IMG/VR virus record: IMGVR_UViG_3300005920_000007
Reading direction: 5' to 3' (one strand)
Source of the DNA: an uncultured virus (IMG/VR IMGVR_UViG_3300005920_000007)
Taxonomy: Duplodnaviria > Heunggongvirae > Uroviricota > Caudoviricetes
Length of the DNA stretch: 20,000 nt
Shown: positions 1 to 9,201 of the stretch, piece after piece
Position numbering within the stretch: the stretch's first letter is position 1
Layout of the letters: the number at the start of each line of letters is the position of its first letter
The notes under the pieces: generated by a model
Seen by the model: the letters and a program-made list of their open reading frames with translations, nothing else
What the model was told of the DNA's origin: nothing
Databases searched by the model: none
Position numbers and translations under genes: made by a program

Positions 1-141
1 GATGAAGTGAAGCGTTTCGACACAGACGGGCATGTTAGTAACGTGCTTAAGAACGAGCCGCGTCGTTTTCCTTTGACACTTTCTGCCATCTTAATGGCAA
101 GTCTTGGACGCACTGACTACGATTTGTCACTCGCGGCTTAA
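1..141 (+). CDS. 3' end of an upstream CDS (partial)
   Basis: Frame 1 is open from base 1 to TAA at 139-141 (DEVKRFDTDG...DLSLAA), just before the RBS of the next gene. Confidence 0.55.
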   Translation, partial: DEVKRFDTDGHVSNVLKNEPRRFPLTLSAILMASLGRTDYDLSLAA

Positions 142-166
142 AAGCATAGACAACAAGGATAATGTG

Positions 167-1420
167 ATGAGAATTAAATCGATAAATGAAGGAAAGGCGC
201 TGCTTTTGCTTGAACGACACAAACACTGCGACCAGACCATGCACGCACTTTCCCGCGCATTATATGTTGGCATAAGAAACAGCCTCATCACACTGCTAGG
301 CGCGCTGCTTTTGCTAGTTGCGCTCTCAGATATAAAAGCGACAACATTGATGTTTCTCGCTTTCATAGGCGCCATAGCGCCTCTTTTCTACATCGCTGTG
401 CACGCGTTCTTTGAGCGACGTGACGCTATCCGTCGAGGTGATCACAATGGCATCCTTAAACTTGCCCTGCGCCTGCCCGAACAAACCAGTAAAATTATCC
501 CTTATGGGCTGCCTTTTGGATTGAGCGTAATTTTTTACGAAGCGTACTCCACCCTCACTACGGGCACGTTCGCATCCTCCATGCTGCTAGGCACATGCCT
601 TATTGTGACGGTCTATAGCGCGACGCTTTTCTTATTCAATAGCGCTAAACCTGCGCATGAGGCGAGAAACAAAAAGAGCGCGATGGATGTCGCACTCAGT
701 GAATTTGAAACATCAGATAGCGGCAAGCAGACCGCAGTGCTTAAGCGTTTTGGATTTTATCTTTCCAGCAGCCATAACAAATTTGGCAGCCTTCTCACCT
801 CAAAAGAAGAGCAATCAGCTGTTATTGAGGCCGGTAAAGGTGTGATTAAAAGCCACAGTCAGGCCCGGGACGCTATTTACCTTCAAAACGGTTTAATGAC
901 TTGTCTTATCACAGTGGCCACGGTCATTTTTATGTACATTGCTCACCATGGATTAGTCACGCTAACTGACACACAAGCAGCTTCATACCCGCTCTCACTA
1001 ATGATGGGGTTGTTCGGACTTTACGTCGGGCGTCACATTGGACTTAGTTTGTCTGTCAACCCTACGCTTGACTTTACCACGACCAATGAGCACGATGCTT
1101 ATGACTATACGGGGCCACGAGCAAGTGATTTGATACGCTCACGAGCATTTTCGGTCACCTCTCCCCTTATTCCTGTTGTCATGATGGCACTTACTCTAGC
1201 CCCTTCGACGCTATTTTCGTCGGCAACGGCCGAGGTTGCGTTCCAGCTTGCATTGATCACGTTCTTGCCATTGCTTTTGAATGCTGCGGTGACTCGAATG
1301 TCACTGAGCATCATTGCCAGCACGGAGCGTGACATTGATGCGCTAAGGCGTGATGTAGAGTATGCTAAGAAAAAATCCAACGTCTTGCAGTTCCATCGCA
1401 AGCATAAAGCGAGCGCTTAA
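167..1420 (+). CDS. Multi-pass membrane protein, unknown function
   Basis: Long ORF with about 8 hydrophobic segments. AAGGA at 156-160 favours a start at GTG164/ATG167 over TTG104. Confidence 0.8.
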   Translation: MRIKSINEGKALLLLERHKHCDQTMHALSRALYVGIRNSLITLLGALLLLVALSDIKATTLMFLAFIGAIAPLFYIAVHAFFERRDAIRRGDHNGILKLALRLPEQTSKIIPYGLPFGLSVIFYEAYSTLTTGTFASSMLLGTCLIVTVYSATLFLFNSAKPAHEARNKKSAMDVALSEFETSDSGKQTAVLKRFGFYLSSSHNKFGSLLTSKEEQSAVIEAGKGVIKSHSQARDAIYLQNGLMTCLITVATVIFMYIAHHGLVTLTDTQAASYPLSLMMGLFGLYVGRHIGLSLSVNPTLDFTTTNEHDAYDYTGPRASDLIRSRAFSVTSPLIPVVMMALTLAPSTLFSSATAEVAFQLALITFLPLLLNAAVTRMSLSIIASTERDIDALRRDVEYAKKKSNVLQFHRKHKASA

Positions 1421-1463
1421 CATGGTAGGCAACCTGTGTTACAATGACAATGTCAACACAACA
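1417..1463 (+). promoter_or_regulatory. Degenerate copy of the repeated promoter element
   Basis: TTAACA-17bp-TACAAT followed by GTCAACACAACA, upstream of ATG1477. Confidence 0.6.
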
Positions 1464-1476
1464 CAGGTTATTCTCT

Positions 1477-1974
1477 ATGTATCCATGCTACATCGAACAA
1501 ACCAAGATTGCTCACGGCCATGATCACAAAGGTCGTGACCTTACGATAGACAAGACACAAACACCGGTTAAATGCGCGCGCTTCTTCTGTGCTTACCCGA
1601 AAGAGCAGGACGACCACGGTAATATCGTCACTTACCAGTATTCAGAACAGTCACCTCTTGGTATTCGCCATGTCACGCTGTCAGCAGACTCGGTTAAGAC
1701 GTGCTTTGTTAAGCATCGTCCTGTTGAGCACGGTGATACACTGAAGGCCAAGGTGGACACCAAAGGTTACATCAAGTGCGTCAACAGCGCCCCCCTAACC
1801 TTAGCGATAAAACAAGGTGAGGTTCTCACGTGCATCAACAGCAAGCTTAATACGTTCTGCAAGGTGGGTGAACCACATCGCATCTTCGGAATAAATCGCA
1901 TGCTGATAGGAGACTATGCTCACACCATTGCCGATCCTGACGAGTTCCTTGTATTACCTTATGTAGAGACGTAG
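1477..1974 (+). CDS. Hypothetical protein
   Basis: ORF with start reassigned to ATG1477 (MYPCY...), downstream of the conserved leader and CAGG RBS. Confidence 0.7.
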   Translation: MYPCYIEQTKIAHGHDHKGRDLTIDKTQTPVKCARFFCAYPKEQDDHGNIVTYQYSEQSPLGIRHVTLSADSVKTCFVKHRPVEHGDTLKAKVDTKGYIKCVNSAPLTLAIKQGEVLTCINSKLNTFCKVGEPHRIFGINRMLIGDYAHTIADPDEFLVLPYVET

Positions 1975-2025
1975 GCCGCAGTTGCCACACCTCTTATCGG
2001 TTGCAAAAAAAAACACAAAAAACTG

Positions 2026-2072
2026 TTGACAACAAACACAGGTTTTGCGATACTAATCCTGTCAGCACAACA
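2026..2072 (+). promoter_or_regulatory. Repeated sigma70-type promoter/leader element
   Basis: TTGACA(2026)-17bp-GATACT(2049)-AATCCT-GTCAGCACAACA. Confidence 0.9.
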
Positions 2073-2087
2073 ACACAGGAAAACATC

Positions 2088-2486
2088 ATGAGCTTCATGC
2101 GTGAACAAGCACTTAAAGCCCGTCGCCAAGTACTAAACCTCCACCTTAAAAAGTTGGATGCAGCCTTTCGCTCGCTTAAAAAAGACAAAGGTTTCGCGGC
2201 AGCACGTCTTACCAAAGATCACCACGACTCTGGCCAGGTGCGCTCTGAACTTGCTGAGGAAAAACTGGGCAAAGGGGCGCTAGATAGCGGTAACCTTTAT
2301 GCGTTTTGTGGCATCATTAAGCGTGGGTGGACGACGCTACCAAATCAAACGTCTATCTTTTGGAATAGCACGGTTCCTAGCTCTCGCAAGATCATCGTCG
2401 ACACGATGCAAGACGCAGGGCTTGTTGTCACGAACCCTGACGCTCCTCACGAAGCGGTTGTGGTAAAGTTAAGTGATGCGGCATAG
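2088..2486 (+). CDS. Hypothetical basic protein
   Basis: ATG2088 follows the AGGA RBS and the repeat; in frame with track ORF 2001..2486. Confidence 0.8.
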   Translation: MSFMREQALKARRQVLNLHLKKLDAAFRSLKKDKGFAAARLTKDHHDSGQVRSELAEEKLGKGALDSGNLYAFCGIIKRGWTTLPNQTSIFWNSTVPSSRKIIVDTMQDAGLVVTNPDAPHEAVVVKLSDAA

Positions 2487-2537
2487 CCGCATTCACTGCT
2501 CTTCATTTTACTAACGCAACACTATAGGCAAAAAACA

Positions 2538-2840
2538 ATGAGTACTCCTACAGAATCCATCGAAAATGCAACATTTGATTGCGCTGAACCCGTCATGAAT
2601 GCGCTACCTGATAGCGTTAATCACGCTAACCCCAATGGGGCACGCGCGAAGCAGGGATGGCGCGCCCTTCATGGCTACGCAAAACACATTTACGGAAGCA
2701 GTGGAGGCGAACCTGTCGAGCAGGGAGTACGCGACTTGCTATCTGATCTCCAGCACACATGCGAACATCTTAACATCGATTTCATGGAAGCGCTGGAGCG
2801 TGCTAGTTCCGTCTTCAATAGTGAGAAAGAACATCCATAA
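2538..2840 (+). CDS. Small helical hypothetical protein
   Basis: 100-aa ORF; the N..RA...AL..Y and DLLSDL.H.C....DF pattern resembles small phage/plasmid hypothetical proteins. Confidence 0.8.
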   Translation: MSTPTESIENATFDCAEPVMNALPDSVNHANPNGARAKQGWRALHGYAKHIYGSSGGEPVEQGVRDLLSDLQHTCEHLNIDFMEALERASSVFNSEKEHP

Positions 2841-2853
2841 ATGTCTCTTTTTA

Positions 2854-2900
2854 TTGACAACACTCTCAGCTTTTGAGATACTAATCCTGTCAACACAACA
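2854..2900 (+). promoter_or_regulatory. Repeated promoter/leader element
   Basis: TTGACA-17bp-GATACT-AATCCT-GTCAACACAACA. Confidence 0.9.
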
Positions 2901-2915
2901 GTCTCGGAGAGCACT

Positions 2916-3434
2916 ATGAAAACATTGTTTGTCCCACTTGAGCTAATTACGCCAAACAGCGCGCAAATCGCAGGGCAAAGCATCAAAGCAACGGTATGTC
3001 AGAGCAAAATGCTCTCTTCTGAAAGTGCGTTATACCCTAACGTAAACTTGACGGGTTACGGTGCTCTCTCGTTACTTGGCGCTATCCTTGGTGATACAGG
3101 AGGCAATACATCACCTGACGCTATCCCTGATGGTCGTGCTATTTTCGATGTAACGTTCTCAGCCTTTTACATCAATGATCGTGACGAACCCGAATACATT
3201 GATATATGTGTACAACGTCAATGCCTTCCAAAGGACGCACAGATCACTGAACGCGACATCACCATCATTGATGCGGTATTTTATGCCAAAATGGATGTGG
3301 TTGGCGATATCAATTGCCCACTTGACGACGATGTTGTCAACGAGGCATTAGCAGAATACAAGAAAGAGCACCTATCTGCTGCTCTTGGCGCGGTCGGCTG
3401 GCGTGTCAGCATTACACCCAAAGCCCCCAAGTAA
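2916..3434 (+). CDS. Hypothetical protein (Asp-rich)
   Basis: ORF with GGAG RBS directly after the repeat. Confidence 0.85.
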   Translation: MKTLFVPLELITPNSAQIAGQSIKATVCQSKMLSSESALYPNVNLTGYGALSLLGAILGDTGGNTSPDAIPDGRAIFDVTFSAFYINDRDEPEYIDICVQRQCLPKDAQITERDITIIDAVFYAKMDVVGDINCPLDDDVVNEALAEYKKEHLSAALGAVGWRVSITPKAPK

Positions 3435-3502
3435 CACAGCTTATATTTTTAGGTGAAGCCATTTCGCTTCACCTTAACTCAACTCAACACCAAGGCGTCA
3501 TT

Positions 3503-4150
3503 ATGAACTCTGCAACCCCTTTAGCGTCACTTCGCATTGATGATGAGCAAACGTTACTGACCCCTCAGCAACAGCTTGCACTCATTAAACGCACCACTGC
3601 ACTGGCACAAAAAACGCCATCTCGTCTTACGCCAGATACTAATAAGGCATGGCAATTAGGCCGCTACTGGCTACCCCTTATCTCAAAACAAGCGACTCAC
3701 GGCCATAAGCCTTCTCTCTCGGCACTACTTGAGATCGATAACATCATTGGGAGTCCAGACAGTGACACATGGTCTGATACACTTCTAGGTTGGCTTTCTG
3801 ATGCAGGGCTTGACGGTATCAACAAAGCGGAGGTATTCGCGATTGACAGCATGAATGACACCGCAGAAAATGAAGAGATTGAGCAAGCTATCGCCACGGC
3901 CTCGCCGTTAGCACGCTATATCTGGGCAGACATTAATCCCAATGCAATAATGACCTATGCGTATAAAGCATGCTCAAAGACGATGCTTCAACGCTTATGG
4001 GTGCTCGACAGTACGGTCATTGATATCATGGTCGACAATGATGATTTCAGTTTAGCCAGCCTAACCGCTGCTGAACGTGCCTTAATGATGGCACTTTCCG
4101 ATAGTCAACACGACATTATTAAAGCGCTGGCCAGCCAGGCATCTAATTAG
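3503..4150 (+). CDS. Hypothetical helical protein
   Basis: 215-aa ORF with AAGG RBS; second gene of the cassette. Confidence 0.8.
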   Translation: MNSATPLASLRIDDEQTLLTPQQQLALIKRTTALAQKTPSRLTPDTNKAWQLGRYWLPLISKQATHGHKPSLSALLEIDNIIGSPDSDTWSDTLLGWLSDAGLDGINKAEVFAIDSMNDTAENEEIEQAIATASPLARYIWADINPNAIMTYAYKACSKTMLQRLWVLDSTVIDIMVDNDDFSLASLTAAERALMMALSDSQHDIIKALASQASN

Positions 4151-4167
4151 ATTTTTATTACCCATAA

Positions 4168-4201
4168 AACCAAGGTTGTTTGCAACCTTGGTTGTTTTTT
4201 T
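4168..4201 (+). terminator. Intrinsic terminator
   Basis: AACCAAGGTTG-loop-CAACCTTGGTT followed by a T-run, abutting the next promoter. Confidence 0.8.
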
Positions 4202-4202
4202 A

Positions 4203-4249
4203 TTGACAATTAACACAGATTTTGAGATACTAACCCTGTCAGCACAACA
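4203..4249 (+). promoter_or_regulatory. Repeated promoter/leader element
   Basis: TTGACA-17bp-GATACT-AACCCT-GTCAGCACAACA. Confidence 0.9.
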
Positions 4250-4261
4250 GAGGTTACTCGC

Positions 4262-4600
4262 ATGAATACCACCTACGCTAAACGCGTTCTTACGCCCAAG
4301 TCAGACATTGTCGCCATTTACATTGGGTTCATCGGTAGCACACTTTATCTTTTTGAGTGCAATGCCAAAAATCAAACGGTGCGTCAATTTGAACTTAGCC
4401 TAAAAGATGACACTATCCCTGATGATCATCTCGCTAAAGCTATCGCCAACAAAGGGATGGCATTCAACCAAGTCAAAGTGTACTCGCACCCTGACTACAT
4501 TGAGTATTTCAAGCGTGGTTCAGCAGGTACAAAGTCGATTAAACAAGACTTTTGGGTACGCACCACCGCAAGAAACCCCAACATGAAACGTGTCGCATAA
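4262..4600 (+). CDS. Hypothetical protein
   Basis: 112-aa ORF with GAGG RBS after the repeat. Confidence 0.8.
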   Translation: MNTTYAKRVLTPKSDIVAIYIGFIGSTLYLFECNAKNQTVRQFELSLKDDTIPDDHLAKAIANKGMAFNQVKVYSHPDYIEYFKRGSAGTKSIKQDFWVRTTARNPNMKRVA

Positions 4601-4623
4601 CGGCACGTTTTTCATCTTTTTAG

Positions 4624-4670
4624 TTGACAAGTCACACAGATTTTGAGATACTAATCCTGTCAGCACAACA
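4624..4670 (+). promoter_or_regulatory. Repeated promoter/leader element
   Basis: TTGACA-17bp-GATACT-AATCCT-GTCAGCACAACA. Confidence 0.9.
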
Positions 4671-4683
4671 CAGGTAAAAAACA

Positions 4684-5298
4684 ATGAATCAGCCTCTTTC
4701 AGATACCGCAAAGCAATACGCATTTATGGCACTTATGTTTCGTCAGCGTTTACTTCCTCGCTGGAATCGCATGTACCTTATCGAAAACGAAAATGTACTA
4801 GAGCATACTGCCGAAGTCACGATCACAGCACTGCTTTTAGGGTTAATCTCTAAGCATGAGTTTGGCAAAACCATCGACATAGGCAAGCTTCTATCTTACG
4901 CTATCCTGCATGACGGTGAAGAAACGCTAACTACGGATTTGCCTTCCCCTATCAAGCGCTCTTCACCTGAGTTCTACGATATGTGGAAAGCCCTTGAAGT
5001 TGAAAACGAAAAACTGCTTTTCAGCAAGCTTCCTGATTACATGCGCAGCGAAATCGAAGCCATTTGCCATGACAAGTCTTATGAGACTGAATTGGTAAAA
5101 GCCGCAGACATTTATGTCGCGCATAACAAAGCATCACGCGAGTTTGCGATGGGCAATGTGTTAGAGTTCAAAGTGGCTGTTAAGAAATGCGAAGCGGCTT
5201 ACCTTGAATACGCAGAAAAATACCCTGAGTTAGCGCGCCTACATGAATACTTTGGCGGCTGCATGCACATGAGCCTTGATGAACTTATCGAGGCATAA
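4684..5298 (+). CDS. yfbR: HD-domain 5'-deoxynucleotidase, YfbR-like
   Basis: Motifs RW...ENVLEH, LHDGEETLTTDLPSPIK, LVKAAD and C-terminal HMSLDEL parallel E. coli YfbR (ENVSEH, YHDASEVLTGDLPTPVK, LVKQAD, HLSLDEI). Confidence 0.88.
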   Translation: MNQPLSDTAKQYAFMALMFRQRLLPRWNRMYLIENENVLEHTAEVTITALLLGLISKHEFGKTIDIGKLLSYAILHDGEETLTTDLPSPIKRSSPEFYDMWKALEVENEKLLFSKLPDYMRSEIEAICHDKSYETELVKAADIYVAHNKASREFAMGNVLEFKVAVKKCEAAYLEYAEKYPELARLHEYFGGCMHMSLDELIEA

Positions 5299-5374
5299 AA
5301 AACGGGGGCAACGCCCGCCCCCACATTCACAAAAAATCACTCACAACAAGTCTCACTAAAAGGAAAATAGACTT

Positions 5375-5899
5375 ATGAAAACACGCATCACACGCACACT
5401 AATGAGCGCAGCCTTAGCTATGACAGCCTTTTCTGTTAGTCATACCGCACTGGCAGAAGGCGAAACGATAAAAGGCATCGTGCCTATTGAACAAGCCAAA
5501 AACGCTAATGTGAAAACATGCCTTAAAGCCGTTACAGATATTTCTAACTTTCTTATCGGTGATGGTGAGCATGGCGCGCATGGCACTTGGGCAACAGATT
5601 CACAAGATTCACATTATACTGCCGTCATTGAGCGCGCGTATAGTGACGGCTCAATGACCATGAATATTGTTGCCGCCCCCACCGCAGACGGCAAATGTGT
5701 CGCCCAGTATACCAAACATATCATTTTTGAAGAAAACTGCATGAGTGCGCTAAAAACCTTTGATGGCATCGAAATAAAAGGCTCACTGGCGCAAAATGTG
5801 ACATACATCAAGCACAATTTAGTTGATATGTATATGAATCCTATTGGCAAAAAAAATGAGTATTGCCATGTGGTCAGAAAAGAAGTGATGACATTCTAA
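5375..5899 (+). CDS. Exported/periplasmic protein with cysteines
   Basis: Sec-type signal peptide (MKTR...AALAMTAF...ALA-E), four Cys in the mature part, AAGGA RBS. Confidence 0.8.
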   Translation: MKTRITRTLMSAALAMTAFSVSHTALAEGETIKGIVPIEQAKNANVKTCLKAVTDISNFLIGDGEHGAHGTWATDSQDSHYTAVIERAYSDGSMTMNIVAAPTADGKCVAQYTKHIIFEENCMSALKTFDGIEIKGSLAQNVTYIKHNLVDMYMNPIGKKNEYCHVVRKEVMTF

Positions 5900-5964
5900 G
5901 TATTGAACTCACATTGCCGAAAGCGCCTTGTGGCGCTTTTGCATCACGTTTACAGGAATCTAAC

Positions 5965-6189
5965 ATGCCTTCAAACGCAAAAAATCTGTTAAGTGAGTGG
6001 AGTGCTCACAAAGCAAGCCAACTTATACCTTGGCGGTATAACCTTCGTTCAGAAACCCTTTATGCCAACCTAGACAACAAAAAGGTTAAAATGAACAGAA
6101 AGATCCGCAGTATATTCCCCAGAGGGAAGCGGTTTGATCGCATCGCTAAAGATTGTGTTGCTGTACCTAAAGATCTTCAGGACGAGTGA
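5965..6189 (+). CDS. Small basic hypothetical protein
   Basis: ATG5965 after AGGA; in frame with track ORF 5863..6189. Confidence 0.65.
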   Translation: MPSNAKNLLSEWSAHKASQLIPWRYNLRSETLYANLDNKKVKMNRKIRSIFPRGKRFDRIAKDCVAVPKDLQDE

Positions 6190-6247
6190 TGAAAATAACA
6201 TAGCGCAGTAGTTAGCCACATAAAAAGGCGCTTTCTCTACTTTCCTG

Positions 6248-6295
6248 TTGACAACACTCTCAGGTTTTGAGATACTAACCCCTGTCAGCACAACA
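6248..6295 (+). promoter_or_regulatory. Repeated promoter/leader element
   Basis: TTGACA-17bp-GATACT-AACCCCT-GTCAGCACAACA. Confidence 0.9.
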
Positions 6296-6309
6296 ACAGG
6301 AACACCACG

Positions 6310-6864
6310 ATGAAAATCACATCCGCTTTTTTACCAAGCTACGCATTCTCAGTCGACATTTCACAGACGGTACTTTCCTGTATTGCCGATACCATAACCG
6401 CACCATTCGATAACGAAGACTTTTCATCGTTTGCTTCGCTTGATGATGCGCTTAACCACATTGTCACACAAACACAGCAACGCCTTGCCACAGAGCAAGA
6501 TAAGGTGCTAAGTCAGGCAGAGTCAACATTTGACTCGCTTGTCGATGCAACAATCAATCACTTCTATGACGGCTTTTCGCCGATTGCGCTTTACGCCGAC
6601 CGCATTACCCTAAACCACAGCTACAATGTACCTATGCACCACTTGATGTTCTGTAGTGCATGTACAATGGTAAATACATTTGTTGCGCTTTACGTTGATG
6701 TGCTTATCAAAGAGGCCGTTCGCTTTGACGCCGCCGCTTGCACATTGAAAGGCAGCGTTAAGGGGGATTCTGCCTTATTCCTCAAAAACCTTAACGACAT
6801 ACTTCAGCAATCGATGGGGTACGCCGAATATGACTTAAGCCGCCTTTCTCAACTAGGTCTGTAA
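6310..6864 (+). CDS. Hypothetical protein, paralog of 13645..14208
   Basis: ORF after the repeat; colinear motifs shared with the 13645 gene. Confidence 0.85.
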   Translation: MKITSAFLPSYAFSVDISQTVLSCIADTITAPFDNEDFSSFASLDDALNHIVTQTQQRLATEQDKVLSQAESTFDSLVDATINHFYDGFSPIALYADRITLNHSYNVPMHHLMFCSACTMVNTFVALYVDVLIKEAVRFDAAACTLKGSVKGDSALFLKNLNDILQQSMGYAEYDLSRLSQLGL

Positions 6865-6910
6865 TGCACCTCAAGCGCCTTTGTCACCAAGGGCGCTAAG
6901 CCGAAAATCA

Positions 6911-6957
6911 TTGACAATGCACTCAGGTTTTGGGATACTGATCCTGTCAGCACAACA
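6911..6957 (+). promoter_or_regulatory. Repeated promoter/leader element
   Basis: TTGACA-17bp-GATACT-GATCCT-GTCAGCACAACA, preceded by hairpin AGCGCCTTTG/CAAGGGCGCT. Confidence 0.9.
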
Positions 6958-6971
6958 ACGAGGTTTACATT

Positions 6972-7649
6972 ATGGGTTGGGAATTTTGCAGTTACACTAC
7001 GACGGTTGATGAGGTAAGAAAACCTCAGCTTTTTGCAGGTAATGAGGTCGGCCTACCTAAACAACTTGATAACACCCTTTATCTTAGTGAGAACGATGCG
7101 GCCAACGCAATTTGTGATAAGCTTGATAAGCTCGGCTGTATGTATGCAACGTTTATCGACTTTGATGGTGCGAATACACCACTCAAGAGCGCGCGCGTCA
7201 CGCGAGCACATGCGGCATTTAAAAAGCACTCTGAGCGCCAGCGCGACCTCACCTTGGCTGCGATAGAAAAGGCGGAAAACCTCAAGTCCAGAACGTGCCC
7301 AAATTGTAAAAAGCGCGTTGCTATGCAGGATTACCATCGTGTTTTCAACAGCTTTAAAGTCAGTGTAAGCCACTCGCCTTATCACTCATCATTAAATGGG
7401 GCTTGTCCTCACTGCGGCAACAACACGCTACCCCTGACTCGTGCCCAACGCCAATCTATTGAGAAGGTAAGAGAGAAAGCTTCCAATGCCTATGATACGT
7501 GGAGAAATGAGCAGGATGAAGCCGTTCGCGCGATGCACAAGGCAGGAAAAGTGGGCACTAAAGCGGTGGTGGTCGGCTTGCTTCATGAGATTGACGCACG
7601 GCCTTACAACGATGAACACTTTGATGAAGACGAATGCGATGATTTTTAA
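6972..7649 (+). CDS. Putative zinc-binding protein with acidic tail
   Basis: CPNC and CPHC pairs between long helices; C-terminus DEHFDEDECDDF. Confidence 0.8.
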   Translation: MGWEFCSYTTTVDEVRKPQLFAGNEVGLPKQLDNTLYLSENDAANAICDKLDKLGCMYATFIDFDGANTPLKSARVTRAHAAFKKHSERQRDLTLAAIEKAENLKSRTCPNCKKRVAMQDYHRVFNSFKVSVSHSPYHSSLNGACPHCGNNTLPLTRAQRQSIEKVREKASNAYDTWRNEQDEAVRAMHKAGKVGTKAVVVGLLHEIDARPYNDEHFDEDECDDF

Positions 7650-7688
7650 TCATCGCGCGTTTTTCTCGCATCAAGCTTAAATGACGCA

Positions 7689-7735
7689 TTGACAAATCAC
7701 ACAGATTTTGCGATACTGATCCTGTCAGCACAACA
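7689..7735 (+). promoter_or_regulatory. Repeated promoter/leader element
   Basis: TTGACA-17bp-GATACT-GATCCT-GTCAGCACAACA. Confidence 0.9.
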
Positions 7736-7751
7736 ACACGGGTAACGTATT

Positions 7752-8453
7752 ATGACCACCTATCACCAATTTGCATTTCATGCAGCTTTTCGCCCAGCAA
7801 AATATCACTCTAACCACGCGGATTTACTGCGTGAGCGTGCAAGCGATTTTGTTAACCCTGCCGCACGCATTGCATTAACTTACCCTGCATTAACACGCGT
7901 GCTTGATCACGCGGCTAACGCCTTTTCTTCGACCTCTGTTGTTGATGTATTTAGTGATGCGAAACGTTCAGCACAACGCATTGACGGCCTCTTTCTCATG
8001 TTGGTGTGTGCGGAGCGTCTTAATTTAGAAAACCTCAATACGCAACCCCGATCACCTGTCAGTGAAGCGGACATCAAGCGGGCCGAGGCGTTACTTGATG
8101 ACTTAGGTAAACTTAGAAAAGCCATCGATATTGCCAACAAAGGTATTACAGCAGACCACCTCACCTACGTAACAGGTACGCCTTGCCCTGCACAAGCGAC
8201 ACCTGATGACGTAAAGCTTATGTGGGTGGTATTTATGTTTCACGATATGTGTGTGAATTATAGCAACGGCATGTCCACGATTGGGCTACTCGACCCCAAT
8301 GCGCCACCAGAATGTAAAGCCCTGCGAGAACGTACCGCCAAGGTGATGGAAGACGCTTTTTTTCATCTTGCTACCCACTACATCGCATTTTCAGAGGTTG
8401 CAGCGATACGCGGTTCGCAGTCTACTCACACGGCACCACCATTGGTACAGTAA
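7752..8453 (+). CDS. Hypothetical protein
   Basis: 233-aa ORF directly after the repeat. Confidence 0.8.
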   Translation: MTTYHQFAFHAAFRPAKYHSNHADLLRERASDFVNPAARIALTYPALTRVLDHAANAFSSTSVVDVFSDAKRSAQRIDGLFLMLVCAERLNLENLNTQPRSPVSEADIKRAEALLDDLGKLRKAIDIANKGITADHLTYVTGTPCPAQATPDDVKLMWVVFMFHDMCVNYSNGMSTIGLLDPNAPPECKALRERTAKVMEDAFFHLATHYIAFSEVAAIRGSQSTHTAPPLVQ

Positions 8454-8507
8454 TCGCCAAGCGGCAGTCGTAAACATGATTATTGTGAGCGACTGTTGCC
8501 AAAACCA

Positions 8508-8554
8508 TTGACAACTATCACAGATTTTGCGATACTGATCCTGTCAGCACAACA
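8508..8554 (+). promoter_or_regulatory. Repeated promoter/leader element
   Basis: TTGACA-17bp-GATACT-GATCCT-GTCAGCACAACA. Confidence 0.9.
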
Positions 8555-8570
8555 CATCAGGGTAACCATC

Positions 8571-9194
8571 ATGGCACTATTTCAAGCGCTTGCGCAACTT
8601 GTTAACGGTAAAACGTCACCACAAGAAAACATTGACTCCAATCAACCTGTTGATACAGGTGTGACTATCATTTCGGGCATAGATCCTCGCGCCACCAGCG
8701 AAGCGAAGCTTATTGCACCTGCGCCACTACCGCACATTAGCCGTCGCTCACTGAAGCGTGTAAAGCACCGCGTTCCCGTGCCTGAAACATGCCCTTACTG
8801 CGGTCATGAGCATGTCGAGTTAGTGGAGCATAAAACCGTTTATAAGCGTAGCTATGGAGAGTGGCCTTACCTTTACCTATGCCGAAATCAAGAATGCGGT
8901 GCCTACGTAGGTGTTCATCCTCACACTGATATACCGCTTGGCACGCTGGCTGATGCGGCCACTCGCGAGGCACGCAAAGCCAATAAAAGCTGGTTTATGC
9001 GCCTTATGAAGCGTCAGCAGTGCGGTCTTAATATTGGCTATCTATGGTTGTCTCAAGAAATGAACATTCGCGCTGAGCAATGCCACTGGTCAATGTTTGA
9101 CGTTGAATTGTGCGAGCAGGCAGGCGCTATCTGCAAGGCAAAATTTGAAGATGGTACGATCCTCATGCCGAAGCACTTCTCTCGCTCAAAATAA
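8571..9194 (+). CDS. Zinc-finger protein, DUF3268-like
   Basis: CPYCG...YG.WPYLYLC....C.AYVGVHP.T.IPLGTLAD...R.AR...Y.WL...M.I....CH..MFD pattern, which I recall as the phage-associated DUF3268 family; start at ATG8571. Confidence 0.75.
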   Translation: MALFQALAQLVNGKTSPQENIDSNQPVDTGVTIISGIDPRATSEAKLIAPAPLPHISRRSLKRVKHRVPVPETCPYCGHEHVELVEHKTVYKRSYGEWPYLYLCRNQECGAYVGVHPHTDIPLGTLADAATREARKANKSWFMRLMKRQQCGLNIGYLWLSQEMNIRAEQCHWSMFDVELCEQAGAICKAKFEDGTILMPKHFSRSK

Positions 9195-9201
9195 CCTCTT
9201 T

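Noticed and set aside
73..101. TTGACA at 73 as another repeat copy
   Set aside because: It lies inside the upstream reading frame, with no matching -10 or leader
3451..3474. Hairpin AGGTGAAGC/GCTTCACCT as a terminator
   Set aside because: No downstream U-tract on either strand, and the next gene lacks its own promoter, so it is more likely a stabilising hairpin
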